A stretch of 64,000 nucleotides of DNA from Ruditapes philippinarum (taxonomy: Eukaryota): NCBI RefSeq assembly GCF_026571515.1, contig NW_026853591.1, positions 62,001-126,000 of the forward strand. Reading direction: 5' to 3'. The position numbers and the translations under genes were made by a program. The notes under the pieces are model-generated. The model had not been told where the DNA came from. It searched no databases and saw nothing but the letters and a program-made list of their open reading frames with translations. Shown here one piece after another: positions 26,031-38,649 of the stretch (the stretch's first letter is position 1; the number at the start of each line of letters is the position of its first letter).

Positions 26031-27182
26031 TTAACGTTTTTTATGAGTAGGTGTTAACGTTAACATTTACTTGCGTCTTAAAGGATATGTATCATACAGT
26101 GTCTTTTTGTCAAATCCTTTGATGATGTACATACAGCAAATCAGTCTTTAAAACTACCTTTAAGATAATAATGCAAATTAAAGAGGTTATCAGCAAGCAA
26201 GAGTAGTTTCTCGAACGAGGTATTCTGGATTAGTGTCTCAGGTTACTCTATGTAGAGCTACCGTTTATTGCAAATAGCCGGTAAAAAGCACGAGCTCAAA
26301 CAGGACCACCAGAAAGACAATCGTCTGGAAAATAAAGTGCAGAATGTTTTGTTGTTTTTTTTTTAAAGCGAGGCTTGTTATAAGATTAATTTATGCCGAA
26401 AATAGTTAAATAAATTCATTACTGAGAAAATCATTATAATTTTTTATACAATATGATGCAAACTGGAACGGTGTGAAAAGGATGAGGAAAGGGTTTGTAA
26501 TTGAAAGTTTATCGATATATCTTCAACCTAAAAACATGAAACACCGCCTATAGACTTTGTCTTGATAAAAAGTAAAGAAGTTTCCTTAGGCACTATTATT
26601 TTCTAGTTTAATTATATTGTATTGTTTGTATTTTTCATTGAACAAAACAGATACAATGACACATGCAAACAAACGGCAAACAGTAGCGAAAAATGCACAG
26701 TTATTACATTGATGTTATAGTAACTGTTATTCATTAAATGCAAAAAGGTTAGGCCACAAGTTTTAAAAATATAAAAGAATTGGCCCTTCCCTCATTGTAA
26801 TATCATTGGTAATAAAAAGATGTTCATCTATTCTGTTGTAGTTGGAATTCAATACAATGTATATATCAGCTATCAATATCATAATCTAATGTTACCTCTT
26901 TAATATTCTTGGATAAAGTGTCCTACTTCAGATATTTTAAATCTCTGAGTAATCATATTTGAAAAAAAAATGTGAAAACAATTTCAAGAAGTAATATGAA
27001 CAGAGCAATTATTATCTTTCAATATGAATGGCAGCATTCCTTAACCATATTCCGAAGAACATTATAAGTTATATATAGTAAATATTTAGTACATTAAATC
27101 TAAATATCATGGGACTTTCTATCTTATTATCTAACTTCTGTTCGAAATTTTCTGCTTTATCTTAAATATAAAATTCATTTCT

Positions 27183-28290
27183 TTGATACGTGTATTTCTA
27201 ACATGCAATCTCATGTTAAGTTTTCTGTATTTTGACTATTATATATGGAAGTCAACATTTGAGTCAATTTTTTTGGGTCCCGTCAGTGATGTAAAGAAAA
27301 GTGTACCTTCTTTTATTGTCAGTTATTATATCGCTAATAATAAAAAGAGAAACATAAAGTTTAGTTATTTAACAAGTGCCGATGTTTTGTGTTTTGTTAA
27401 CTACTGAAATATGAACTTGTTGTTTTGTTATTTCCGTATTATAACTTTCCATCAAAACGTCATATAGGAATATCAATTTCATTTAATCGATACGATCTTA
27501 ATTGACCATGAAATTATTTACGACAATAAATTTGCATATTCTAACATTTACACCGGACAAATAGTGCGTCGGGTGAAGAAGACGGAAATAGTTTTGATGA
27601 ACAATTGCATTAATTTCCATATAAAATTAATATTAGATTGAAGAAAGATTGCAAAGAGTGTAAAATGTTGTTATTATTTTACAATCAATATGTTATAAAA
27701 GGACGTTTTGACGCAATTATTAGTTGTAATGAAACTATTATTTCTACTTTCCAACCTATGTCAGAATCGTACTGCATTTTATTTTTGAATTTCTAACATA
27801 TGTATGTTTTCACAGGTGCAATTTAATATACGTTTAATCGCTATCAGCCAACAAATGTATCTGATATTATAAATTTGAGCACGGCCTAAAAACTCTACAT
27901 TCAATGAGGAATTATATGTTACAACAACGAACACATATATCGCATAAATGTATGTGAAAATAGCAGTGCTACAAAACATAGGCAGGAGACAGTATCACGA
28001 CAATTTCCAGTGACTCTTGTCTATGGACTAGTTGTTTTATACAATATACAATTTGTCATATATATTAATAAACGTTACTACGATAATGTGCATTTACTGA
28101 CGCATGTGTCAGACAGACATACAAAAAGCAAGCAATATACTAGATTATTTAGATACAATTATTATCGCCTTGCCTTTAAGTGAATGCTACTATATTATTC
28201 GCAATCGGTTCTATATAAAGAATGTGTCAAACCCAAATATGAGATATATATTTAGCAAATATTTGCATTTTAATATTCAGCGCTGGGATC
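27183..28290 (+). pseudogene. Near full-length decayed class A GPCR (neuropeptide-receptor-like, DRY type)
   Basis: TM1/TM2 'SIFLGPV...VSYYIANNKKRNIKFSYLTSADVLCF' (ORF 27183-27407). TM3 'ISISFNRYDLN*P' at ~27470-27508. TM6 'LSYIL' at ~28052. TM7 'RFYIKNVSNPNMRYIFS' (ORF 28104-28301). Motifs are in order over ~1.1 kb with no room for large introns. Confidence 0.65.
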
Positions 28291-29799
28291 TGTTTTCATG
28301 AATAAGTCTGGCATACTGGGCGTTTACAGCAGTAATAACAAAAAGATGTATGCTCGAATTTGCGTCTTTGTTCTCATTTTGCCTCGACTTTAGTACATTG
28401 ATTTATCAAATGATTGATGATTATCAAGTTTATAATAACAACAAACATAAATATACAGAAGAGGTCAGAAAAGAAAATTGCACAGACTTTCAAGTAAAAG
28501 AATCTTTACATACAATTACATATATTTAAATTAAAAAGAGTTCGTTTACTTTAAAGTCATTATTTCATGTCAAGATTGCTTCTAACCTTACTTTAATTTA
28601 TTATCTACAAGAAAAAGTGACAAAGAAATGAAAAATTGACAATGCAAGACCGCATAATTTTGTTCCATAGAAATAAAGAGGGGACATGCATTAGATATTT
28701 GTTTCAGGACACTTGATATCTTGTAACGATTATTATACAGGTAGTGTTTAATATTTAAGCAATAAATAACATAGATAATGCATGAAGAGGATATTGTGTA
28801 ATATACATATATTTAGACACAATTATTGTAGTACTTTTTATTGTCATTATTATAGATCGGTTGGCCCTTTGTGACCGTGGGGTTGCATTTAATTGTTATA
28901 ACACAAACACTTTAGCCAACGTTTATTCCTTCGTAATCGTTAAATACGACTAGATGGATTCCAACAGCTTGTGTCCATGTATCTCTAAGCCCCAGCAGGT
29001 GAGGTAGTTTTGACCTCTTTTGTTGCATTGAAGTTTGTAACACACAACGTTAGCCTAAATCATAATTCCTGTTACGGTGTCACATGACCCATGATGTGTT
29101 GGTGCGCTGTCAAACAATCTGTGCTATGGAAACATGGAAAATTGATAAATTAATAATTTAAAATATATGCAAAGTTAGGGCTCATCACGAGACTATGACG
29201 ATTGTGTTGTCGTGATATGACATCATGATTTGCCTATAAAGGACACTGTTTTCCTTATTACAGATAAATTTTATATTAAAAGTAAAACATAAAGCATTCA
29301 TTAACTTACTCAAAAAACAAGATTCCTGTTTCTGATCAAGTGCAAGGTCAAAATTGAAATGATTATACTGTGGGTGATTAAATGGTTAAAAGCGGAATCG
29401 ATGATCGGATGATTTTCATTTTAATTCAGACAACTTGTTACGAGAATGTGAATGATCACTGCTTTAATACTAATTGAGATCAAATCAAAGTGTAATTTGT
29501 GCCTTATTCTTACATACCATATAATTTCGCTTAAGATAATTTGTCAGTAAAATACTATATTACTGAAAAAAGGTACAACTGAAATGAAAGATATAATATC
29601 TTGTCAATATTTGATTTATAAATTCATAACAAAAACAACAAAAACAAGCAAACAAACAAACAAGAAAAATACAAAAGAAAAAATCAGCATTGCATCTTTT
29701 TAATATGTTATTTGGAACGACATGCATATCATAGTATGAACGACAACTATCTGTTATTATAGTTATATTATAAAAAACACTTTGAAGCAGGCTAGACGT

Positions 29800-30290
29800 A
29801 ATTGACTATACCTAATTTAGTAATTGATATTGTTATAGTTGTAATTTTCATCATTGCAAACGCATTGTTACTTAAGTGAAATTGGAAAACTACATATAAC
29901 CAAGATGTAAGACATGCAGAGATAACTATCGATCAATTGTTATCAATTATAACTATATAACTATCAATTACGTTCAACCGATCAATCACCATTTTTGACA
30001 AGCATCGGTAATGCATTGCTTTATTGAATCTAGAAAACAATGTATCTTGTATATACGTAAAACTTAATAAGGCTTTGATTATATCTTTTTTTTTTATTCA
30101 TTTTGAACATAAATATTTCGTCAGATTTGTACAACATATTTTGTTATGATACATTATCAACATTTTACTGAATCGTGTGGCACTTTGCGGAAATGAGAAT
30201 TTAAAATATGTGTGCGGTGTTAAATATAAGATTATTGAATAAGTACAGCATGTACAGGTTACAAAATTATATTTTGAAGCCACTATAATA
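29800..30290 (-). pseudogene. Decayed class A GPCR TM1-TM4 relic, copy A
   Basis: The minus strand reads 'AMHYRCLSKMVIDRLNVI' (TM3 with DRL); paralog at 45620-46110. Confidence 0.55.
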
Positions 30291-30349
30291 TTAGTTTATT
30301 ATCAAATAAAACTTGGTAATGAAACTTCAAATATGTTATTTCATTTCTT

Positions 30350-30660
30350 TTGCACATATACATGTATAAAGTGGTTTTTTTTTCGTTAACAAACCCGTAT
30401 TATTTTTGACCGTATCTGAACATGTTACCATGTCAGAAAAGCGGCACTAGTATGCGTGTAATTCCAATGAAATAAAGAACAACTTATCTTGCAACGATAC
30501 AGTTTTCTCATAATATTCATTTATATTTAACATAATTATATTTATTGCTGTAAATCAATTTTGAGCTCATGTTGCGGACAAAACAAAAGGCGAACTTTTT
30601 CATATAAACATCTTAAACATCTGGCTGAATTGATGGTAAGACAACAGTCTGTAAGTTTCG
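30350..30660 (+). pseudogene. Decayed class A GPCR TM2-TM4 relic, copy A
   Basis: TM2-like 'FVNKPVLFLTVSEH'; paralog of 46190-46510. Confidence 0.4.
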
Positions 30661-31841
30661 TAACAAATGTTTTAATATGAACACCATGTTATTAATTCTC
30701 TTCTCTGTACAAGTGATGAATTTGTATTCAACGTTTAAAACATTAAATAACACTAAAGACGTTTAAAGTCATTTTAAAGACCTTGATTTCACGTTCAAGA
30801 CCAAATTATTTGTTAAAGTATTTATAAAAAGGAAATGTTGCTTATTGGAAAGTAAGACACTGAGAATAATTCTAGTAACAGTAGACTATGTAATGTATAG
30901 AGTTCAGTCCGAAACAACGTTAAATAATTTGTCTGACATTTTGCAAGTATGTCACCCATTTGATAAATTGTTGTTGATGTGAACTTATTCTGAAGTAATT
31001 AAAATGAAAATTACGACAATGACAGATGCCAGTTTGCAATGAATTTGTTTCAAATATTTTTTGTTGTATTGATGATATTTCTTCGTATTTAGTATCATGA
31101 AACAAAAAGTTTGTAAAAAAAACATTGATAAAAATTTTTTAAAAAAAAACGAAAAAATTTTTAAAAAATTAGTTTCCCTGCGGGGATTTTTTGTCTCCCC
31201 TGCATGTTTGATCCTTTTCAAAACACTTTTATCTTTTGATTTTTAAAAATTCTAAAAAAAGAGTCTTAAAAATCCATTGTTACTTTTTTTACTGAAAAAT
31301 TTTTTTCTAAACCTATTCCCTTTTTTAAATGTTACTGAAAAATGCGTTGAAACAAAAAATTTTTCCCATTAGACCCTAGAACTTTTGTATCATTAATTTA
31401 ATATCGTTAAAGGCAAAATAAAGAGTTGTTTTGATTGCTACTGACTATGTTATTGTTTTTTTTAAGTGTATTTTTTTTTTTTTTAAAAAAAGTTAAGGGG
31501 ACGTAAACCAAACGAAATGCAAGGGAGTTTGGGTATAGATTTTTATTTGATAATTTGCGACGTTGAGTGTTACTTTGCACGAAATAAATACGGGTTTTAC
31601 ATTGATTCGCAGTAAAAATTTTTTTACATCCTAGTTTAAATTTAAACTTAAAAAATTAAAAGAATTGTTACGTAGTTGTTGGGAAAGTACAGGAAGTAAA
31701 ATTTTCCCGTTCATTATAGCGGAGAATTTTGTTTAAACATGGGAAACCCAAAAACCCGTTTTGTCTGTTATTTAGGTCTATAATAATGTTATGTGATATT
31801 TGGTATTTACGGGTTTCTTACGGGTAACTTTTACATTTAAA

Positions 31842-32900
31842 TGATGACACCGACATAAAATTGGGCGGGGAAGTACCCAGAAATTTGGAAAGAATGGGGG
31901 ATAGTAAAAATTCAAAACGCCCCTGGAGACGCAAAAGAACGAATGCCAAGGAGATTGGCTCATTATTCGAAAAGATAAGTGAAAATACTAATAATTCACA
32001 GTTAAGCAAAATTAGTAATATCATAGCATGTGACATTCCAAAATTCAAAAGAAAAAAGCAATGAAGAGCAATATAAGCACAACGTTAAAGTAAACATGAA
32101 ATTAAATGAAGCCGAGCAGTTAGTTAGCACAGACAGACCCGTTCAGTGTAAAGACAAAATCGTTGAAGGTATTTATTTCTAATTTCGCTGTACAACAGTT
32201 AATTGATATCTTATTTTCGTTTATTAGATATTTTTGATTATTTTAATGATATCAGAAACACCTGAAACATAAACATTTATGATAACGGTGATAATCATAT
32301 ATAAAAGTACTGCCGTTATATAAACATGTCGATCACTATGTTAAAAATACACACTTTTCGTTAGTTCGCTTATGTAACGGATACTAGTATTCATTGTTTT
32401 TATATGAACAATATATGTTATCCTTACAATTTTAAAGCACATATATTTTTATTGAACTGAGTGATATTTTTATTGTTGCTATTCAGCATACTTGTACATA
32501 TATAATTTGATATATCTCACATCTCGTGCTGTTATGCGTTTCAGCTAAAGAGATAATTGGACACAGACAGAAGCTAATTCAGCTTGCGGATTCGAGCGAA
32601 TAAGGCTGGCGTGTGGTGCACGAGTATGAGACAAATCCACTCGCAGACGATTCTGAGGACGAACGACGCATGTATAAAGCCGAGGCACGGGCTAACCGGA
32701 AGTTAAAAGCCGAGCGAGCAAAGAAGTCAAAGTCGGGACGTCCGGCGCCCCTACAGACGACCGGTGGCTACTACGTCCACATCAACAACGGATCATGTAA
32801 CGCCTAAAACAGGTCGACCAGGTCTTTGTTTCCAGTGTGGAAAAATTGGTCACTGGAAAGAAAGAGTGCCCGGGAATAAGCACACCATATTAAGATGAGT
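31842..32900 (+). CDS. DIRS gag-like ORF1 (two exons, intron 32169-32544; disrupted in this assembly)
   Basis: Reads 'DIPKFKRK/NEEQYKHNVKVNMKLNEAEQ...KDKIVE A|KEIIGHRQKLIQLADSSE*GWRVVHEYETNPLADDSEDERRMYKAEARANRK', with zinc knuckle 'CFQCGKIGHWK.EC' at ~32827. Confidence 0.8.
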
Positions 32901-35300
32901 ATTAATGAAAATTTAATGTTTAATGATATCACTGTACTGAATGCACCAAAGTCTGTTGACACTGCACGTGATGCTGGAGCACGTGCAGTTCAATATACTC
33001 AAGGTAATTGTAAACCAAGCAACACTTCTAGTCTAGTGTTGTCACCAGTAGGAAGGTTAAGACAAAGCTTTGAGAAGTGGCGGTCAGTCGCAGGTGAGTC
33101 TTATATTGTAGAAGTCATAAAGTCAGGATTATAGACTTCCATTTAAGAGTTTGCCCTTCTAAATCTGTTTTGAAAAACAACAAATCTGCGAGAGACAATC
33201 CGATATTTGTTATGTCGGAATTGAGAGTCTTTTAAAAGAAAGGCGTAATATCTGAGGTTCAAAAACACTCCTTTTGTTGTAAATCCATTGACAGTTGCAT
33301 ACAATCGGGTAGGGGCAACCCAGACTTGTGCTAGATTGTAGACATATTAATCCACATTTACATTTGTTCAAAGTCAAATTTGAAGACATTTTTGTAGCAC
33401 AAAGTGTTTTTCAGCCTGGATCCTATGTGTTTACTTTTGATCTTAAGAGTGCGTATCACCATATTAATATTTTTCCTGATCATAGAACCTATTTAGGGTT
33501 TTCTTGGGTGAAAAAATGATATTGTTACTTTATTATGTGTATAATTCTCTGCCGTTTGGTATAGCCACTGCGGGTCATATTTTTACTAAAGTACTTAGGG
33601 TAGTAGTCTCGTATATTAGAGAGCAGGGTCATAGGTCATCATGTTTTAGATGACGGAATTGCGCGGAATCATGGTTTTAGCAGAAGCTTTTAAATCTAGT
33701 CATTTCATTAAAATCACACTGCAGGATTTCGGTTTCCTTTTGGCGGAAGAAAAAATGTTCATGGCAACCTTTACAAAAGTGTAACCTGGTTAGGTCACGT
33801 TTTAGATTTTAATAGCAATCGTATTTTTATTACGGAAGTAGGATTTCTAGGCTCTTTAAATGCAATAGAATGCTGCGCTAAAGCTATTTATCTTGACAAA
33901 TTAAGTTTATTACCAGTTAGGAAAATTTGGCATCCATTGTTTGTCAGATTATTTTCCTTACATTCTGTATTAGAGCATAAAGTTAGGAATTAAAACCAAG
34001 AAATGTACAATTGCATTCTGGTTAGGGCTAGTTGGATTCTCTGTAATTGTAACAGACAGGGCAATAGAAGAATTATTATTTTGAAAATAAACGTACGTCG
34101 TACACAGTTAAAAAACTAACGGTAAGTTCAATAAAAAGGGCACCCCCTTGCGAGTATACACTGTTCTGCGATGCAAGTGCATGAGGGTTTGGGGGGTAGT
34201 ACTGAAAAATAAATCAGTTTTGTGTATCACCCGAGAGGCAGGGGGACATAGGAATATCTACATTCCACCGGACTGTTGGGTTTCCAACGGGTACAGGAGC
34301 CGATTTTATTGATATGCTGACCCGAGGAAGTCGAGCTCCTCGTTTCGACGAGGTTTTCATTGGTAAGTAACGAAAAGCTCCCGGATGTGGGCAGTAATTT
34401 GCGGAGCGAATCTCCGGAAGTAGATAAGCTTGCACAGATTTTTCATATGTTAGATTATAGATATATGTCCGAATCCTAGTGATTTTTGTTGGCGAGGGCA
34501 ATTTAATCATGGTTACAAATTTCAAAACGTTAGCCAACGTCATCGGTACATGGGATCCCGAGGAAGTTCGGGCGTAGTTCTACTTGGGAGAGAGATTTGA
34601 GCAGTAAACGGTCATTAAGAGTCATGTTATATATATTGAAAACACTTCTGTAAAAATTTATTCTGACAACCAAAAAAACGTTAAATCTATTTTATTGAAC
34701 GGAAGTAGAAACTTTTCTCTGCATTGTATTTCAACTTGCATAAATGATTTTTGTGTGAAAAAATAGTATCAAGATTTTGTCCTGAAATATGGATTCCACG
34801 TTCCGAAAATTATTTGGCTGATTATTTACAGTCGGTGCAAAGATAGCGACGATTGGTTCTATATTCAGATACTCAATTTAAACGTTTTAGACATTTTAGG
34901 GGGGTACTCATACAGTAGATAGATTTTTTTTTCTTACAATAATCATTGTGAAAGATTTAATTCCAAATGGTGGGTCCTAGAACTGAGGCTGTAAACCTTT
35001 TGATCAGTTTTGGGCCGTGAAAATAACTGGATCGTTCCACCGCCTAGGTTAGTGCCGGATTGCTTAAATAAAATAGAAAACGAAAAAGCAAACATGTACT
35101 TTAGTAGTACCAATGTGGCAGTCTGCAGCATATTGGCAAAGCTTTTTGAAAGCAAGTTAAAAACTTAAAAGCTTCATAGTAGATGTAAAATTTTGCCGAG
35201 GCAGGAACCATATGTATAGGCAGGGGGAAATAATGGTATTTTCGATAGGGATCCGTTGTCTTTCAACATGATAACTTTTAGGATTTGTTTTTCGTACTTA
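32895..35300 (+). CDS. DIRS reverse transcriptase / RNase H / N6-adenine methyltransferase-like ORF2 (many indels)
   Basis: RT: 'GRLRQSFEKW', 'VNPLTVA', 'LDCRHINPHL', 'FDLKSAYHHI', 'NSLPFGIATAGHIFTKVLR', 'M(F)LDDG'. RNase H: 'FCDAS..GFGG', 'SSTWRE', 'YSDNQ', 'WIPRSENYLAD'. MT: 'THTVDRF', 'RFNSKWW', 'ENNWIVPPPRLV', 'LVVPMWQSAAYW'. Confidence 0.9.
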
Positions 35301-35358
35301 AATAAGCAAAGCATGCTTTTTTGTACATATAATATATGAATATTTTCTTGTTTAATAG

Positions 35359-36408
35359 GTGTTGACTTAAAATCAGCATGGGAGAGCAAGTTGGCAGAGG
35401 CAGGAAAATCAATAATCAAGGAAATCTGGCGGAACACATGGCTACATATATTTTACATTCAAGGGGCAGATAATACAGTTAAAAAATACAATAGGTTATT
35501 TCAAGCTCTTTAGGCCATTTTGTGAATCTAAAAGTTTATCAGCAATTACCAGCTAAATTTTACATGACAGTGGCACTTTATTTCTAACTTCTCTTCTAGA
35601 CGAAAATAAAATCAAACAGCGTCGTGAGTTCATCTGTGGTACCGCCATTAAGTGGATGCATTCTATTCATGACTTGCCGGATCCTACGGAAAATTCTGTA
35701 GTTAGGAATTTATTTAGAAGCCTCTAAAAGTACTTAGATCAAAACCGGGTTGTAAAGAAAGACATTGTAGATTCCCAATATGTTAAAAATCTTTGTGTGC
35801 CTTGTTTGAAAAACAATATGACACTTGGTGGAATTTTACGAGACTTGTCTATGATTCTAATTGGTTATGCAGGTTTTTTAAGATTTAATGAATTAAGTTT
35901 CTCTTTTGCTGTAAATGATGTCATTTTTAAATGAAAAATCAATATTGTTTATAAAAAATAAGGGTTAGCAAAACTGATATTTACAAGAAAGGGAAACGAA
36001 GTTTCTAATAGCTAAGGGTGATACTATTGCCTGTCCATACAAGATGTTACAAAAGTAATACATGTCTAAAGGCAGATTTGACTGTTGAATCAGAAAAATA
36101 TCTATTCAGACCATTGTTGAAAACAAGAGGTAAAATACTCATTGGTTAAAGTAAACAACAGCTGAGCTATACTAGAGCCAAAGAGTGTATTGTTGCTAAA
36201 ACTTAGATTAGTAGTTCGGCCTTGAAAACTCGGTACACATTCTCTTTTCGAGCCAGGCGGTGCTTCCGCTGCATAGTTAATTTGCAAGGTATCTGAGCGT
36301 TGCATTAAGAGACATGGTCGCTGGAAAGTCAAGACCAAGCAAAAGAATGGTTATGTTCAAGATTCACTTGAAAAAAAGGCTTTTTATTTCAAAGCTTTAG
36401 GGTTATGA
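35359..36408 (+). CDS. DIRS tyrosine recombinase ORF3 (indels present; begins at a splice acceptor)
   Basis: Motifs 'HSR.ADNTVKKY', 'RDLSMILIGYAGFLRFNELS', 'SKTDI', 'IAKGDTIACP', 'LSYTRAKE', 'LGTHS.RAGGAS', 'KRHGRWKS', 'GYVQDSLEK'; stop TGA at 36406-36408. Confidence 0.9.
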
Positions 36409-36567
36409 GGTGTTTGCATCTTTGTTTAAAAAAAAAAAAAAAAGAGCTCAGTTTTTCAAAAAATGATACATCTTTGCAATTTAATTAATGAATAATGAAC
36501 AGGCCATATTCGATATTATTAGCAAATTGAATTAGAAATGTTTTCTTTTCTATGCTTTGTATTTTTC

Positions 36568-36802
36568 TATAAATGCGCCTCGTCAAACGCAAAAACTGTT
36601 TGTTTGTTTTGGTGGTTTTGTTTAAAGGTGGTGTTTGAGACATATAGTTCTCCGCGTTACATCGTATAGCGGAGAAATATTGTCTCAACATAGCGTGACC
36701 AAAACCCGGTTTTGTCTGTTATTATAGGTCTATAAATAACTAGTTATGTGATATATTGGTCACTTCTACGAGGTTTTCTTACGGGTAACATCTTACATTC
36801 TA
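36568..36802 (+). repeat. Internal B1-A2 junction of the split direct repeats
   Basis: 36568-36642 is repeated at 37376-37443; 36647-36802 is repeated at 31702-31840. Confidence 0.9.
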
Positions 36803-37446
36803 ATTCAATTATATATTTTTTGTGAAAGTTTATATTTTCTGAGTTTTTTCTTTTGAAAAAATAGAGAGAGCACGTCTGGACAGAATTCCGTTAAGTCCAA
36901 TATTTCGAGGAATAGTCTGAGAAAATGTGCCGATACCGGTATAATTTCGTGCATGGCTACGGATACACGTTTCCTCTCGCCAAAAAAAAAAAAAACGGGC
37001 GACGGGGTTTTTCGTGGGCGGCCAGTATTCCGATGACAAATACACAGTCAATGAATATTTGTTAATTCTGTTAGAATGTTTTACAAGCTACAATGATAAT
37101 ATAATAACTATTGATTGTGACGTGTATTCCAAAAAGTAAATAGCTGATACTCATGTAATCTTTATGACATTACTTTTTTACTTTTGTATGGGACATGTTT
37201 TCCCACAGTTAATTCAAGTTTATATATACAATGTATAGTTCACAAAGTAGCAGATAACATAATATTTTAATTACGAATGAATTTAGTTTTATTGGCAATA
37301 TCAATGCATTTTGTTAAACAAAAATAAAATTAAAAGATTTTGTATTACTGCATAAACTGCTTCCATGTTACCTAAATAAATGCGCCTCGTCAACGCAAAA
37401 CTGTTTGTTTCTTTTGGTTTTGGTTTAAGGTGGTGTTTGAGACTCT

Positions 37447-38000
37447 TTGTTATCAACAGAATCGGTATAACTTGTTAAGACTGTTGCAAGAAAGACCTGT
37501 CATTTCTCATACTAGTATAACCACTTGCCCCTCACCGCTGTTGGTTCGAATCCTGACTGGGGCTTTGAATTAGTTCATGTAAGGAAGCTATATAGCTAAC
37601 GTACGGAATATCGGTGGTTCTACTCAGGTACCTGTTCGTGCCTGAAATAATGCACGTAAGGGCACCTGAGGTCTTCCTCCACCAGTAAAGCTGGAACGTC
37701 GCCATATGACCTATACTGTGTCGGTCTTACGTAAAACCCAATAAAACAAATCAGGTAGTATAGTAAGTTTAATTATCGAACTCTTTCACACCTCGACCGA
37801 CGTGGGATTTCTCTCTGACATTGGATCAGTACAGTCAAGGTTTAGTGTGATGATATTCGAAAATTTGTTTTGTAAATGAAACGTCTTGTCTCTTTGAAGT
37901 ATCTTATGGCATGCAAGGACTTGTCATTGTTTTTATTATGCGTGATTTTCATGGGGTATTGGATAACTCTCCAATTCATTTCATAATTTGGCACTGGAAG
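37447..38000 (+). pseudogene. Decayed class A GPCR TM1-TM3 relic interrupted by the DIRS element and a SINE; uninterrupted paralog at 47600-47930
   Basis: Reads 'TSTDVGFLSDIGSVQSRFSVMIFENLFCK' (TM2 .TD..FL and W.FG.LFCK). The paralog gives TM1 'VGKV/GRSVIVI'. Confidence 0.55.
37520..37755 (+). mobile_element. tRNA-SINE family A, 5'-truncated, TSD TAGTATA
   Basis: B box GGTTCGAATCC at ~37543. TAGTATA at 37513-37519 and 37756-37762. Absent from the paralog at ~47690. Confidence 0.92.
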
Positions 38001-38649
38001 CTGTGTAGGTAACATAGTTTTGTAATGCTTACAGCGGCCTTTAGCTTTTCTTAAGGTTAAATGATGTTATCCTTTAGAAAAATAGTTTCTTAGGAAAATG
38101 ACAATTGCCGTCGATTAAAATACAATTATAAATAAACAATAAAAAATACATCGATACCTGTAATCTACCAGTCCGCTCTCTAAGTAAAGCGGACGATTCG
38201 TTTCCCGGTCTTTTTTTAGAATCGAGATTCACTGGTGAGCTATAAATATTATTTTTTTTTGTTTTTGGTTGAAACATTAACAATGAACACTGAAGGCTTT
38301 AAGTCTTCAACGATGTTTCACAGCCTGTAAAAGACAAGCATATCAACATGTTGAACTGATACCGTAAATATATCTACACTACCAAGCGCAACTATTTGCA
38401 AAATGCAATAGGTGTTAGATTGGAACTTCATCCATCAGACATGATATTCCAGTTCTATGTAAAACCGCCATTTATATTCCAAAAACGTGTATAACCTTTG
38501 AATATAACATTGTCTGATAGACGCTAGGTATTTACATATAATTTTGACTATACGGAGCTGTTAAGATCACATTATTTCTAATCATGTAGCTTTATCGTTC
38601 TCAAATGTGGCATATTGACGTTATTTATGATAGTAGACTTCATTGAATA

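Larger units (their letters stand above)
31702..37446 (+). mobile_element. Tyrosine-recombinase retrotransposon (DIRS order, PAT-like: MT domain plus split direct repeats), full length
   Basis: Carries gag with CCHC, RT, RNase H, an MT-like domain and YR. Repeats: A1 31702-31840, B1 36568-36642, A2 36647-36802, B2 37376-37443. The paralogous empty site is at ~47620-47640 ('ggtcagtaat|tgttatcaaca'). Confidence 0.93.

Noticed and set aside
30600-30660. TATA-like box plus ATG GTA AGA CAA CAG TCT|gtaagt as a first exon
   Set aside because: The TATA is not conserved in the paralog at 46450, and the segment overlaps the TM4 'IWL' relic.
34214-34543. 109-aa antisense ORF inside the DIRS element
   Set aside because: Antisense to the GC-richer RNase H insertion; no independent support.
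38299-38340. Minus-strand micro-exon 'GCETSLKT*' with an acceptor, also at ~48255-48290
   Set aside because: Too short, and its phase does not match the 43215 donor. Similarity between the copies is expected from the duplication alone.
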